Part shown: piece by piece, positions 27,628-36,855 of the stretch
Layout: every line of letters begins with the position of its first letter
Numbering within the stretch: position 1 is the first letter of the stretch
IMG/VR virus record: IMGVR_UViG_3300022839_000006
Coordinates: 1-64,000 of that record
Strand: one strand, 5' to 3'
Length of the DNA: 64,000 bases
Notes under the pieces: model-generated
Told to the model about the DNA's origin: nothing
The model's database searches: none
The model's input: the letters and a program-made list of their open reading frames with translations, nothing else
Made by a program: the position numbers and the translations under genes

Positions 27628-29724
27628 ATGGATAGACGAGAACCATTTTATTGGCTAAACGAAGACTCGCGCAAATTCTTGTCACGAGGATATTTGAGCG
27701 AATCGGAAACACCTGAAAGTCGCATTCGCGACATTGCAAACACTGCAGAAAAATACCTTAACGAACCAGGATTTGCAGATAAATTCTACGAATATATGAG
27801 TCGTGGATATTATTCATTGGCTTCGCCTGTGTGGGCTAACTACGGCAAAGCGCGTGGTTTACCTGTTTCGTGCTTTGGATCATACATTGACGATCACATG
27901 GAATCGATTATGTACGGTGTTGCTGAAAACGGCATGCTAATGAAAAACGGTGGCGGGTGCTCTGGTTACTTCGGTGCAGTACGTCCACGTGGTTCCCATA
28001 TTAAGGATTCAGGCGAGTCCTCAGGATCTGTTCACTTTATGCAGCTATATGATACACTGTCGTCTGTAATATCGCAAGGGTCTGTTCGCAGAGGGTTCTT
28101 CACAGCATATCAAGACATCGATCACAAAGATGCGGACGAGTTCCTTGATATCGGTTCAGAAGGCAATCCGATTCAAGGTCTGACAACAGGAATTGTTGTA
28201 TCGGACGATTTTATTCGTCAGGTCAAGGCAGGTGATGCAGAGAAGCGTCGTCTTTGGGCTAAGGTTCTTCAACGTAGATCAGAGATGGGATATCCATACA
28301 TCCTATTTGGCGATAATGTAAACAATAACAAGCCACAGGTTTATAAAGACAAGGATATGCGTGTTCATGCTAGTAACATGTGCCTTCGTGGGGACAGTGT
28401 TATTACAATACAACTTCCTTCCAACACGCTTCCTGAAGTCGTTGAAATTGAAACATTCTGTAAGTTGTGGGCTATTGGCGGTATCCCATCTGATACAAAG
28501 GTTAAAACAGAACATGGTTTTCAAGTGGTGACTGCTGCTGCTCAAACAGGGTCCACTAAAGATATGATTCGAATCACAGACGATGTTACAGGAAAAGTTG
28601 TTGAGTGTACGCCCAACCACAAGCTATTCACTCAAAATAGAGGTTGGGTCGAGGCTCAAGATCTTACAGAAGAAGATCAATTGCTGATTGATGGTTCGTC
28701 GAGCAAAACAATCAAAACAGAAAGAATTACGTACGAAGAAGAAATCCCTGTGTACGACATCACAGTGCCAGAAACGCAATCATTTTTTGCTAATGATGTA
28801 TTAGTACACAACTGTGCAGAAATTTCCCTACCATCTTCTGTCGATGAGACGTTTACGTGTGTGCTTTCCTCAATTAACGTACTCTTTTGGGACGAACTCG
28901 CTCAAACAGATGCAATTGAAGTGATGACTAAATTTCTTGATACGGTATGCGAAGAATTTATCATCAAGACAGAGGGCCAAGAGTATCTCAAACGTGCACG
29001 AAACTTTGCAATTAATCACCGTGCATTGGGCGTAGGCATTCTTGGTTGGCACTCGTATCTTCAATCAAACATGATTCCTTTTGAATCGAAGGCAGCCTCC
29101 AAAAAGAATCTTGAGATTGCTAAGACGCTTCAGGAAAGATCGCATGCAGCCTCACGCGAGCTCGCTGTGTCGCTGGGCGAGCCTCCACTGCTTGAAGGCT
29201 ATGGAATGCGTAACGCAACTACCATGGCAATTGCGCCGACGCGGTCTAGTTCGTTTATTTTAGGACAAGTCAGCCAGTCCATTGAACCTGAATTCTCCAA
29301 CTGTTACGTCAAAGATCTTGCTAAGATTAAAGTAACAATCAAAAACCCCTACCTTGACAAACTACTTAGTGAAAAAGACAAAAATACGTATGATGTGTGG
29401 GAGTCGATTAAGACAAACGACGGATCAGTACAACACCTTACGTTTTTGACTGATGAAGAGAAGGAAGTGTTCAAGACGTTCTCGGAGATAAATGCATATG
29501 CAGTAATTGATCACGCTGCAATCAGACAACAATACATCGACCAAGGACAGAGCTTGAATCTTATGCTAGATCCTGACATGTCTGTAAAGGAAATCAACGC
29601 ACTGTATCTGTATGCACACGAGATGGGTGTAAAGAGTCTGTATTACAGCTTCTCAATGTCTGCTGCACAAGCGTTGACACGTAAGCGTGTACAATCGATG
29701 GACTGTGCTGCTTGCGAAGCCTAA
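27628..29724 (+). CDS. nrdA: Ribonucleotide reductase alpha subunit lacking an ATP-cone, with a cis mini-intein
   Basis: SPVWANYG..RGLPVSCF, GGGCSG, VRRG, SNM|C..HN|CAEI, RALGVGILG, AIAPT, QGQSLN, KSLYY, C-terminal CAAC. Confidence 0.95.
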   Translation: MDRREPFYWLNEDSRKFLSRGYLSESETPESRIRDIANTAEKYLNEPGFADKFYEYMSRGYYSLASPVWANYGKARGLPVSCFGSYIDDHMESIMYGVAENGMLMKNGGGCSGYFGAVRPRGSHIKDSGESSGSVHFMQLYDTLSSVISQGSVRRGFFTAYQDIDHKDADEFLDIGSEGNPIQGLTTGIVVSDDFIRQVKAGDAEKRRLWAKVLQRRSEMGYPYILFGDNVNNNKPQVYKDKDMRVHASNMCLRGDSVITIQLPSNTLPEVVEIETFCKLWAIGGIPSDTKVKTEHGFQVVTAAAQTGSTKDMIRITDDVTGKVVECTPNHKLFTQNRGWVEAQDLTEEDQLLIDGSSSKTIKTERITYEEEIPVYDITVPETQSFFANDVLVHNCAEISLPSSVDETFTCVLSSINVLFWDELAQTDAIEVMTKFLDTVCEEFIIKTEGQEYLKRARNFAINHRALGVGILGWHSYLQSNMIPFESKAASKKNLEIAKTLQERSHAASRELAVSLGEPPLLEGYGMRNATTMAIAPTRSSSFILGQVSQSIEPEFSNCYVKDLAKIKVTIKNPYLDKLLSEKDKNTYDVWESIKTNDGSVQHLTFLTDEEKEVFKTFSEINAYAVIDHAAIRQQYIDQGQSLNLMLDPDMSVKEINALYLYAHEMGVKSLYYSFSMSAAQALTRKRVQSMDCAACEA
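28381..28812 (+). mobile_element. 144-aa mini-intein without endonuclease at the catalytic cysteine of NrdA
   Basis: C1-LRGDSVI; block B ECTPNHKLF; block F VYDITV; block G VLVHN|C; excision restores SNMCAEI. Confidence 0.95.
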
Positions 29725-29744
29725 AGCGACGGCGAATAAAAATT

Positions 29745-29771
29745 AAAAACGGGCTTCACAGCCCGTTTTTT
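29745..29771 (+). terminator. Rho-independent terminator after nrdA
   Basis: aaaaacgggct-tcac-agcccgtttttt. Confidence 0.8.
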
Positions 29772-29772
29772 G

Positions 29773-29801
29773 TTGACACGAGATTGTCTGTTCTGTACAA
29801 T
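29773..29801 (+). promoter_or_regulatory. Sigma70-type early promoter
   Basis: TTGACA-17 nt-TACAAT. Confidence 0.7.
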
Positions 29802-29830
29802 AATAAATATCAACAAAGGAAGAATGTAAT

Positions 29831-30352
29831 ATGCTTATTGGACTTGTTACAACTGCCGCCAAGATTGTCAATGTGCTTGTTGTTGCAAGCATGGTTGGGA
29901 TCGGTGTTCACTCTTACAACGACGTCAAAATCTCCAATTTACTGAGACAAATATCTGATGAACAAGCATTGTGTCTTCAACAGAATGTGTATTTTGAAGC
30001 GCGCAACCAGAGTAGTCTCGGGCAACGTGCTGTTGCATGGGTTACTCTGAACCGTGTCAAACACACAAGATATCCTGATACCATTTGTGATGTTGTGTGG
30101 CAAACAAAACAGTTCAGCTGGACACATGACGGCAAACCAGATCGGCCATCAACGGGTGTAGTTGAACAGCGCGCATGGGAAAAGGCAAAAACAGTTGCCA
30201 ACAAGGCACTGATTCGTTGGCTCCAAGACGAAGAGGGTCCTGTCGAAAGTGCAACAATGTTCCACGCTGACTACGTGACGCCCTTTTGGACAAGCAGCTA
30301 CGATCGTGTAGCCCAGATCGACGCACACATTTTTTATAGTTCCGACCGTTGA
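29831..30352 (+). CDS. SleB/Hydrolase_2 cell wall hydrolase
   Basis: CLQQNVYFEARNQ...AVAWVTLNRV...YPDTICDVV.Q..QFSW; FHADYV.P.W; IDAHIFY. Confidence 0.9.
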   Translation: MLIGLVTTAAKIVNVLVVASMVGIGVHSYNDVKISNLLRQISDEQALCLQQNVYFEARNQSSLGQRAVAWVTLNRVKHTRYPDTICDVVWQTKQFSWTHDGKPDRPSTGVVEQRAWEKAKTVANKALIRWLQDEEGPVESATMFHADYVTPFWTSSYDRVAQIDAHIFYSSDR

Positions 30353-30398
30353 TTGACCACTCACTACATAATGTGATATACTGGAGCTCTATGACACC

Positions 30399-30677
30399 AT
30401 GAGAATAACGATAGACGACATCACATACGAATCTGTATACTATCCATATTACCGCCTAGAAAAGAATGACGATTTCTCTGTTTATGGGATCAGATATCCG
30501 TCAGGGTTTAATGAGACAGTGTTGGTGTTTGGTGTGGACGAACCCTTGAAAGAACTCCACGTATATTCTGAATTTCTCATAAGGGAATATGCTTTGGAAG
30601 ATGATGATGCTTTGACACCGCGTGCAATGAGATTAAAGCAAGATGTAAAAGACTTGTTTGTAGTCGTGGTGCCATGA
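30399..30677 (+). CDS. Hypothetical protein
   Basis: RBS ggag; EFLIREYALEDD..LTPRA..LK pattern. Confidence 0.55.
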   Translation: MRITIDDITYESVYYPYYRLEKNDDFSVYGIRYPSGFNETVLVFGVDEPLKELHVYSEFLIREYALEDDDALTPRAMRLKQDVKDLFVVVVP

Positions 30678-31027
30678 TTGAATTTAGAATTCTTGTCTGT
30701 GGTGGTAGATACTATGGTGACAGATATAAGGTTTGTAGTGTGTTGGACAGTGCAACAAAAGCTGTTGGTGACGTAATTATTATACACGGCGCTGCGACAG
30801 GAGCAGACACACTTGCAGCAGAATGGGCCAAAGATCGTGGTTTTGAGGCCGAGGCCTACCCTGCTGATTGGGCCAAATACAAAAAATCTGCAGGATTTGT
30901 ACGAAACACGTTGATGCTCAAACAAGGTAGACCTAAATTGGTGATAGCATTCCCTGGCGGAATTGGCACAAAAATGATGATCGGTCTTGCCGAAAAAGCT
31001 AATGTTCCTACAAGGATATACACATGA
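30674..31027 (+). CDS. DUF2493 / YspA-like SLOG-family protein
   Basis: RILVCGGR.Y, IIHGAATGADTLA..WA, PADW..Y.KSAG.VRN..ML, AFPGG.GT..M. Confidence 0.85.
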   Translation: MIEFRILVCGGRYYGDRYKVCSVLDSATKAVGDVIIIHGAATGADTLAAEWAKDRGFEAEAYPADWAKYKKSAGFVRNTLMLKQGRPKLVIAFPGGIGTKMMIGLAEKANVPTRIYT

Positions 31028-31308
31028 TAGATACTTATACTAAGATAGCATGCATTGTGTGCTCAAAAGAGCTTCACAATTTGAACCGCAATACTAGAGA
31101 TGGAATACCGATTGAAGTGCATCCTATGTCTGGATTGCACTTCTCGACAAGTGGACATTACGGATCAGGAATATTCGATCCAATGGGCACACGAGAAACA
31201 CTTGATGTTGCTATTTGTGACAAATGTGTGATGGAAAACCTTGATAAAGTTCGTGGTACAGGTAAAGCAGGCTTGTTAGATGTCGACACGGACGATTTGG
31301 ATCTTTAA
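31024..31308 (+). CDS. Hypothetical Zn-binding protein
   Basis: CIVC...GHYGS..FDP...ICDKC. Confidence 0.55.
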   Translation: MIDTYTKIACIVCSKELHNLNRNTRDGIPIEVHPMSGLHFSTSGHYGSGIFDPMGTRETLDVAICDKCVMENLDKVRGTGKAGLLDVDTDDLDL

Positions 31309-31412
31309 CCAAATCGTCCTCGCTTGTATTATGTATAAGTGTTGATGTACAATTAAACTAATAGAATACAGGACCGTAAACCCAGGTTTGATAATACAAA
31401 GGCGTTAAAATA

Positions 31413-31787
31413 ATGTTCGATATAGAAAAACTCAAAGTTGGTGATGTCTTCTTTTCCATAGACGAAGATAACAATATCATACGTCGTAAAAAAATCCACA
31501 AAGTGATTGATGGCCAAGATTGGTGGAGATATGATATCCATATAAGAACATATTCAATCGCCACGCACGAGGTACTTGGAATTGTGAGATCCACGCTGCA
31601 GGGTGTGTGGATCGAAGGCGGTGCGTGGGATCTACTCGCGAAACATCATGTTAAAACCGAAAGTCGTGGTGAAACCTCGTCCTATTTTATAACAGATGAT
31701 GAACCGGAACATGGATATTTCCATCGCAAATCAGACGCGACGGAAGCAATGAAACTTCTAGAATTTGAGGCGAGGGGCGCGGCGTAA
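31413..31787 (+). CDS. Hypothetical protein
   Basis: ORF with upstream aaagg; no recognised family. Confidence 0.5.
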   Translation: MFDIEKLKVGDVFFSIDEDNNIIRRKKIHKVIDGQDWWRYDIHIRTYSIATHEVLGIVRSTLQGVWIEGGAWDLLAKHHVKTESRGETSSYFITDDEPEHGYFHRKSDATEAMKLLEFEARGAA

Positions 31788-31945
31788 GTGTTTGTTTTTG
31801 AACAGGTTCGCAAAGCTACCAAGTAAAACGAAAAGTCCTACGTACGACGAGTATCGTAGTCTGACACAGTTAGGCGAGCTTTCAAGCACCAAGGTGCTTG
31901 AGCTACATATAGGCACTATTAAGAAATCCAAACGGAGACAAACAA

Positions 31946-32671
31946 GTGAAAGTGAAAATAGGAAAATATACATCTTGGTTCGGTCCATATCAACTTGCAA
32001 GTGCACTTTGTTTTTGGGCCAAACCTGTCAAAGATGAACATGACATGATGGGCGAACCTGATTGGGTTCATAAGTTTGGTGAAATGCTCGCTTATGGAAG
32101 CGCTGCGCCTGAATCAGATGATCTTGTCTGGGAGGATAAACGTCGTAAAACGTGGCTGTATAGATTTCTCGATTGGATCCAATCAAAAAAGAAACGCAAG
32201 GTGATTGTGAAGCTTGAGCCTTATGATACGTGGTCAATGGACAATACACTTGCTCTAATCATCTTGCCTATGTTGAAACAGATTTTGGACCAGAAACATG
32301 GTTCACCGTTTGTAGATCATGAAGACGTCCCTTTGGAAATGAGACCAACAAAGGAACAATATGATGGGCACATGGAAACAGGAGACACAGATCTAGACCC
32401 ACTGTTTCACGACCGTTGGACCCATGTAATATCTGAAATGATTTTTGCTTTTGAAACAGAGGCAGGGTCCACACAAAACTGGGAAGAAGGTTTTGTCACT
32501 GGGCACAACGACGCGAGATTCGAAAAGATTGATGAAGAAGGTACACTAGAGCTTGTATACGGACCTGATCATACAGAAGTGATAGATCAAGAGTCCCGGG
32601 ACCAATACCAACAACGGATTCAAAACGGATTCAGACTTTTTGGCAAGTATTATTCGAATCTTTGGTCATGA
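31946..32671 (+). CDS. Conserved T4-like hypothetical protein
   Basis: WFGPYQLA...YDTWSMDNTLALIILPMLKQ...KHGSP.VD.EDVP...RW..V..EMIFAFE...NGFRLFGKYY. Confidence 0.75.
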   Translation: MKVKIGKYTSWFGPYQLASALCFWAKPVKDEHDMMGEPDWVHKFGEMLAYGSAAPESDDLVWEDKRRKTWLYRFLDWIQSKKKRKVIVKLEPYDTWSMDNTLALIILPMLKQILDQKHGSPFVDHEDVPLEMRPTKEQYDGHMETGDTDLDPLFHDRWTHVISEMIFAFETEAGSTQNWEEGFVTGHNDARFEKIDEEGTLELVYGPDHTEVIDQESRDQYQQRIQNGFRLFGKYYSNLWS

Positions 32672-32888
32672 AAAGAAAATTTCCCATCCTAATTAAAAGC
32701 AAAGGCTGTTCATCTTCTGGAAAGCTGACTGTTAAATGTGTGTCTTCAAGTTGCATCACGTAGTTATACAGTTTCAAAGAGCTCCTTAAAGGACTAAATA
32801 TGTGCAGAAGAGGCAAAGCATACACGGTGGAGTTTTAGTATGAAAACCACGACTACCTCTCGTGAATGTGTGTACTGTAAAAGGGTAG

Positions 32889-33305
32889 ATGGAAATGGTT
32901 AAAGTGATTTGGTTTGTGTTGGGGATTCTGCTTCTCGGTGTTGCATATCTTGGCGTAGTCCTACCAGGAATCCCATGGAGCACACCTGCTGTGGGTGCTG
33001 CTTATTGTTTTGCAAAATCCAGCACAAGGATGCACAAATGGATATACAGTCACAAATTGTTTGGTCCTTTCTTGGTTGGTTGGCAAGAAAAAAGAATATT
33101 TCCACTAAGATTCAAGTTTTTTATGGTAGCAACAATGTCAACTTCACTAATATCTCTGTGGTTCACTACAGGTAACATACTTGCAGTGATGTGGTCTGGT
33201 GGGTTTATGTTGTTGGTTGGGATTTGGGGTTGGAGATACCCAAGTTCGGACGACGAACACCAAAAAAGAGTAAAAAATCAAAAACGTATAGGGTGGTTAA
33301 AATAG
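32889..33305 (+). CDS. YbaN / DUF454 membrane protein
   Basis: LGVVLPGIPWSTP.V.AAYCFAKSS.R.HKW...H.LFGP. Confidence 0.8.
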   Translation: MEMVKVIWFVLGILLLGVAYLGVVLPGIPWSTPAVGAAYCFAKSSTRMHKWIYSHKLFGPFLVGWQEKRIFPLRFKFFMVATMSTSLISLWFTTGNILAVMWSGGFMLLVGIWGWRYPSSDDEHQKRVKNQKRIGWLK

Positions 33306-33429
33306 ATGGAAATGGTGCGCTAAATATGTTATATACTGCATCGAACCACCTTCAATTTCGATGCAGTATATAACGTTGGCTATTAATAATCAGTGGACTG
33401 TGTGTCCGCGTACAATTGAAGGAAAAACA

Positions 33430-34038
33430 ATGAGTAAAAAAGCATCAAATTTCGACTTGGCTGATATTTTTGGCAAGCAGACAAAACAAGACGACAAAAG
33501 TTTCTGTAAGCCTATTGTGCACATACACGAATTTTATCTGAGCGGTGTGATAGAATCCGCTGATGCTTATATCCAGTGGTTTGACACAATTCGCCATGCT
33601 GGGTCCAACGACGCAATAAAAATATACATAAATTCGTATGGTGGAGATATAAATACTGCAATTCAAATGTTGAGAATTCTTAACGATACAGAAGCGACCG
33701 TAATTGTATCTATCGAAGGTGCGTGTATGTCGGCAGCTACTATGGTGTTGATGGTAGCGGACAGTGTTGAAGTTTCACCACATTCGCAAATTATGTTCCA
33801 CAACTATTCAGGTGGTACTATCGGAAAGGGCAGTGATATGCATTCGCAGATAGAATTCGAAAGAATGTGGTCTATCAAACTGATGAACGGTGTGTATGAA
33901 GACTTTCTGTCGAAAGAAGAAATCCAAAAACTTTTAGATGGTAGTGATTTGTGGATGGATGGCGACGAAGTTGTTAAGCGATTGGAAGCAAAAAACAAGA
34001 AAGATAAACCTAAGTCCAAGTCCAAGAAAAAATCATAA
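33430..34038 (+). CDS. clpP: ClpP-like serine protease
   Basis: IYINSYGG, EGACMSAAT (catalytic Ser), IMFHNYS (His), DLWMD. Confidence 0.85.
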   Translation: MSKKASNFDLADIFGKQTKQDDKSFCKPIVHIHEFYLSGVIESADAYIQWFDTIRHAGSNDAIKIYINSYGGDINTAIQMLRILNDTEATVIVSIEGACMSAATMVLMVADSVEVSPHSQIMFHNYSGGTIGKGSDMHSQIEFERMWSIKLMNGVYEDFLSKEEIQKLLDGSDLWMDGDEVVKRLEAKNKKDKPKSKSKKKS

Positions 34039-34065
34039 GAACAAACTAAAATATGCACATGCCTG

Positions 34066-34094
34066 TTGACAAGCCCCACGAATTATCATATAAA
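34066..34094 (+). promoter_or_regulatory. Sigma70-type early promoter
   Basis: TTGACA-17 nt-TATAAA. Confidence 0.65.
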
Positions 34095-34112
34095 ATAGAT
34101 AAAGAAAAGGGG

Positions 34113-34373
34113 ATGTCAATGCGTATCACTGCTGAAAATATCACTTCTATCGCAATCGGAACCAGAGTTGTTATGAACTGGGGTGCATACTACCCAACAG
34201 AAGAAGGTCTTGTAGTTGATTATAAAATTGTACCTCCTTCGAAATTCTTTCCAGCCAAATACGTGGTTGTTGTAGAAGGTTCTAACGGTCGAATCCACGA
34301 CACGTCAGAATTTATAAATTCCGGAGTGGGTGTTTATCTTGAGAGTGTTTTTATGCAACCGAAAAGCTACTAA
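34113..34373 (+). CDS. Hypothetical protein
   Basis: Follows the early promoter and RBS aagggg. Confidence 0.55.
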   Translation: MSMRITAENITSIAIGTRVVMNWGAYYPTEEGLVVDYKIVPPSKFFPAKYVVVVEGSNGRIHDTSEFINSGVGVYLESVFMQPKSY

Positions 34374-34502
34374 GAAATAGCGTAACCCACTGCGCAGAAA
34401 GAAAAGATAACGATTTTGGATTTAATTTGGATGCTATCCCAGCGCTCACTGACCTGCAACAACAACACTGTATCAAGATCTGTGCCATTAGGAGGATAAA
34501 AG

Positions 34503-34712
34503 ATGACAAATAATCGCAGTCGCATTGCTACTCTCATGCAGGTTAGTTCGGCAATAACAGTTGATGAAATTTCTGAGATAACAGGAATTTCTACTCTGGA
34601 AGCGCAGGAAATACTGATAACAATGGACGATGATGGAGACGTGTTGATGCGTAACGGATTTTACCGCGCATCTGAATTACTCAAGACCAAGAGAATACAA
34701 CAAGGAAAATAA
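34503..34712 (+). CDS. Small winged-HTH-like protein
   Basis: RBS aggagg; ITVDEISEITGIS...AQEIL..M...G.V. Confidence 0.5.
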   Translation: MTNNRSRIATLMQVSSAITVDEISEITGISTLEAQEILITMDDDGDVLMRNGFYRASELLKTKRIQQGK

Positions 34713-34716
34713 TCAG

Positions 34717-34899
34717 ATGAGACTTTTTTTTACTGAGCACACAATAATCAATTTAAATTCGATTTGCTCTGTTGACATCAAAAATAACATCGTCAACACC
34801 GTGGACGGTAACCATACAGTAATGCTGAGTCTACAAGAAACAAAAAATCTCGTTTCTGCCCTGAGAGAGATCCACAATCAAAACTATCGAAGAACATGA
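34717..34899 (+). CDS. Hypothetical protein
   Basis: Short ORF adjacent to the previous one. Confidence 0.4.
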   Translation: MRLFFTEHTIINLNSICSVDIKNNIVNTVDGNHTVMLSLQETKNLVSALREIHNQNYRRT

Positions 34900-35079
34900 T
34901 CGAATTCGTACCGTGATGGTCGGCATGCCTGTTGCATGAAAAATATCCCATTAACAAGCATGTATTGCCCCACATGTTAATGAAGGGCTCGGTAATTATG
35001 CCTCTGTTGGTAATTATGGTAGATGTGGGCGATTAATACGCACACAAAAGAATTTTGATGTAAAACAAAGGAACGCACC

Positions 35080-35244
35080 TTGATACACTTTCTAATTGTA
35101 CTTGCCGCACCTATTATCGCACTTGCGGTAGGTTATTTGTATGGCTGCAATAATATCGAACCAGATTTCGATTGGAAAAATGACGATGCTCTTGAAAATA
35201 AAACTACTGAAGAAATTCAGGCAGAAATTGAAGCACTAGCATAA
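35080..35244 (+). CDS. 54-aa membrane-anchored protein sharing its C-tail with ORF 52778 (not in ORF track)
   Basis: RBS aaagga with TTG start; TM followed by KNDDALENKTTEEIQAEIEALA. Confidence 0.5.
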   Translation: MIHFLIVLAAPIIALAVGYLYGCNNIEPDFDWKNDDALENKTTEEIQAEIEALA

Positions 35245-35252
35245 TACAAAGC

Positions 35253-35285
35253 CAAATGGCAACAGTGTGATGTTGTTGCCATTTG
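35253..35285 (+). terminator. 12-bp stem hairpin
   Basis: caaatggcaaca...tgttgccatttg. Confidence 0.55.
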
Positions 35286-35348
35286 AAAATCCAAGAAACA
35301 AAAAATGTTTTTATTTTGGCATGACGCCAGTGTAAGGATTGGAGCAAA

Positions 35349-36032
35349 ATGAGTAAAACAAGATATATAGGCGATGTGCACGGCCACGTTCATGAACTAC
35401 AACTGGTCCTAAACAATCTTCCTGAGGACGTCACGTCTGTTGTTCAAGTTGGTGACATGGGCGTGGGGTTTGGCAAAGGCGAATATTGGCACACGTCTCT
35501 TGATGAAATGATGGTCCACAACAATGCAAAATTCATTCGAGGAAATCACGACTCGCCCGATGAATGCAAGAAGATGGAATCGTGGATTCCTGATTCAACA
35601 GTTATTAATGATGTAATGTATGTGGGAGGCGCGTGGTCAATTGACCACCATTGGAGGACTATGGGGATTAATATTTGGGAGGATGAAGAGCTCTCTTATA
35701 CTGATCTAGACATTGCTATCGACACGTTTAAATTTGCACGGCCAAGAGTAATGGTTACACACGATTGTCCTGAAGAGATCTCTCTCGAACTGTTTATCAA
35801 AACGGGAAACAGTATAGGCGGCGGAATCCAATTCAAAACTAGGACCGCATCTGCACTACAAACCATGTTCAAACATCACCAGCCTGATTTGCACATTTTT
35901 GGTCATTGGCACACGGATGTTGATGAAGTTGTAAATGGGACAAGATTCATTTGTCTTGGCGAACTCAGTTATTGTGATGTGGACGACGACACTCTCGAAA
36001 TTGTGTGGCAAAAAACGATCAGATCGTTTTAG
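35349..36032 (+). CDS. Metallophosphoesterase
   Basis: IGDVHG, QVGDMG, RGNHD, VTHDCP, FGHWH. Confidence 0.88.
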   Translation: MSKTRYIGDVHGHVHELQLVLNNLPEDVTSVVQVGDMGVGFGKGEYWHTSLDEMMVHNNAKFIRGNHDSPDECKKMESWIPDSTVINDVMYVGGAWSIDHHWRTMGINIWEDEELSYTDLDIAIDTFKFARPRVMVTHDCPEEISLELFIKTGNSIGGGIQFKTRTASALQTMFKHHQPDLHIFGHWHTDVDEVVNGTRFICLGELSYCDVDDDTLEIVWQKTIRSF

Positions 36033-36047
36033 AATTAAGGAGCAGGT

Positions 36048-36413
36048 ATGAGCAGTTACAGATTTGAGAATTGGGTCATTATAAAATTTAATAGTGCGGA
36101 CCCACACTACAGAGTTCTTGGCGGAAGATCAGGCAGCTACCTTGATGGTAGCAGTTGGCGCATGAACAGCGGCGTCACAAGTGTTGAAAGTAGAATTGAC
36201 CATTACGTGAGTCAAGGCAAAAGGAAAGAATTCCTTTTGTATGAATTCTATGGTGCGAGCGGATCTTGTTACACATGCAACAAAGAATCTTACGGTCTCA
36301 AAATGAACAACGCACATGTTTGGAACGAGTTGGAAGAAATCTACGGCGATAAAGTCGAACTAATGGACGAAGATACAGATTGGCTGAACATGGATTGGCT
36401 GATCAAAGCGTAG
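36048..36413 (+). CDS. Conserved hypothetical phage protein
   Basis: YRVLGG.SGSYLDGSSWRMNSG...F.G.SGS.Y.C.K..YG. Confidence 0.7.
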   Translation: MSSYRFENWVIIKFNSADPHYRVLGGRSGSYLDGSSWRMNSGVTSVESRIDHYVSQGKRKEFLLYEFYGASGSCYTCNKESYGLKMNNAHVWNELEEIYGDKVELMDEDTDWLNMDWLIKA

Positions 36414-36418
36414 TATTA

Positions 36419-36802
36419 TTATGGGTTCCAGTATCCCATTTCTCCAGTTGTCGGATTGTAAACAGTGTAGAAGAAACCTGTAGGCAATGTGCTAGTTGGT
36501 GCTGTACCTGTGGTGTTTTCTCTAACTGGTTTGACAATTAGTGTATTTGCTACTACGTTGTCCAATTGGATGTTGGTTGCATTAATAACAATACTATTCG
36601 CTGCTTGACTGGCCAACCCAGCTCTAGCACCAATTGCTATTGCAGCCGTGCCTTGATTGTTTCTGCCCGCTTCGATGCCTATTGCTATTGCTAACGTGCC
36701 TTGGGATTGTGTTGCTGCATAATTACCAATCGCCACTGAACTCACCAGTTGTTGTACTTGACCAGCACTGTGGCCGATAGCAATGGCGTTTTCGTTTTGG
36801 TT
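36419..36802 (-). pseudogene. 5'-deleted tail-fibre-like fragment with AIAIG (YadA-head-like) repeats
   Basis: Frame NQNENAIAIGHSAG...AIAIGIEAG...AIAIGARAG is open upstream of the GTG at 36745 but has no ATG; an in-frame TAA lies just 5'. Confidence 0.6.
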
Positions 36803-36817
36803 GTCCTCTATGTATTT

Positions 36818-36839
36818 TTAAGATACTTTTATACTATTT
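36818..36839. repeat. 22-bp element identical to 38929-38950, part of a duplicated leader
   Basis: ttaagatacttttatactattt at both sites, each next to a near-identical RBS segment (minus strand catagagga(c/t)aaccaa). Confidence 0.9.
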
Positions 36840-36855
36840 CTTCTATGAGTTTGCT

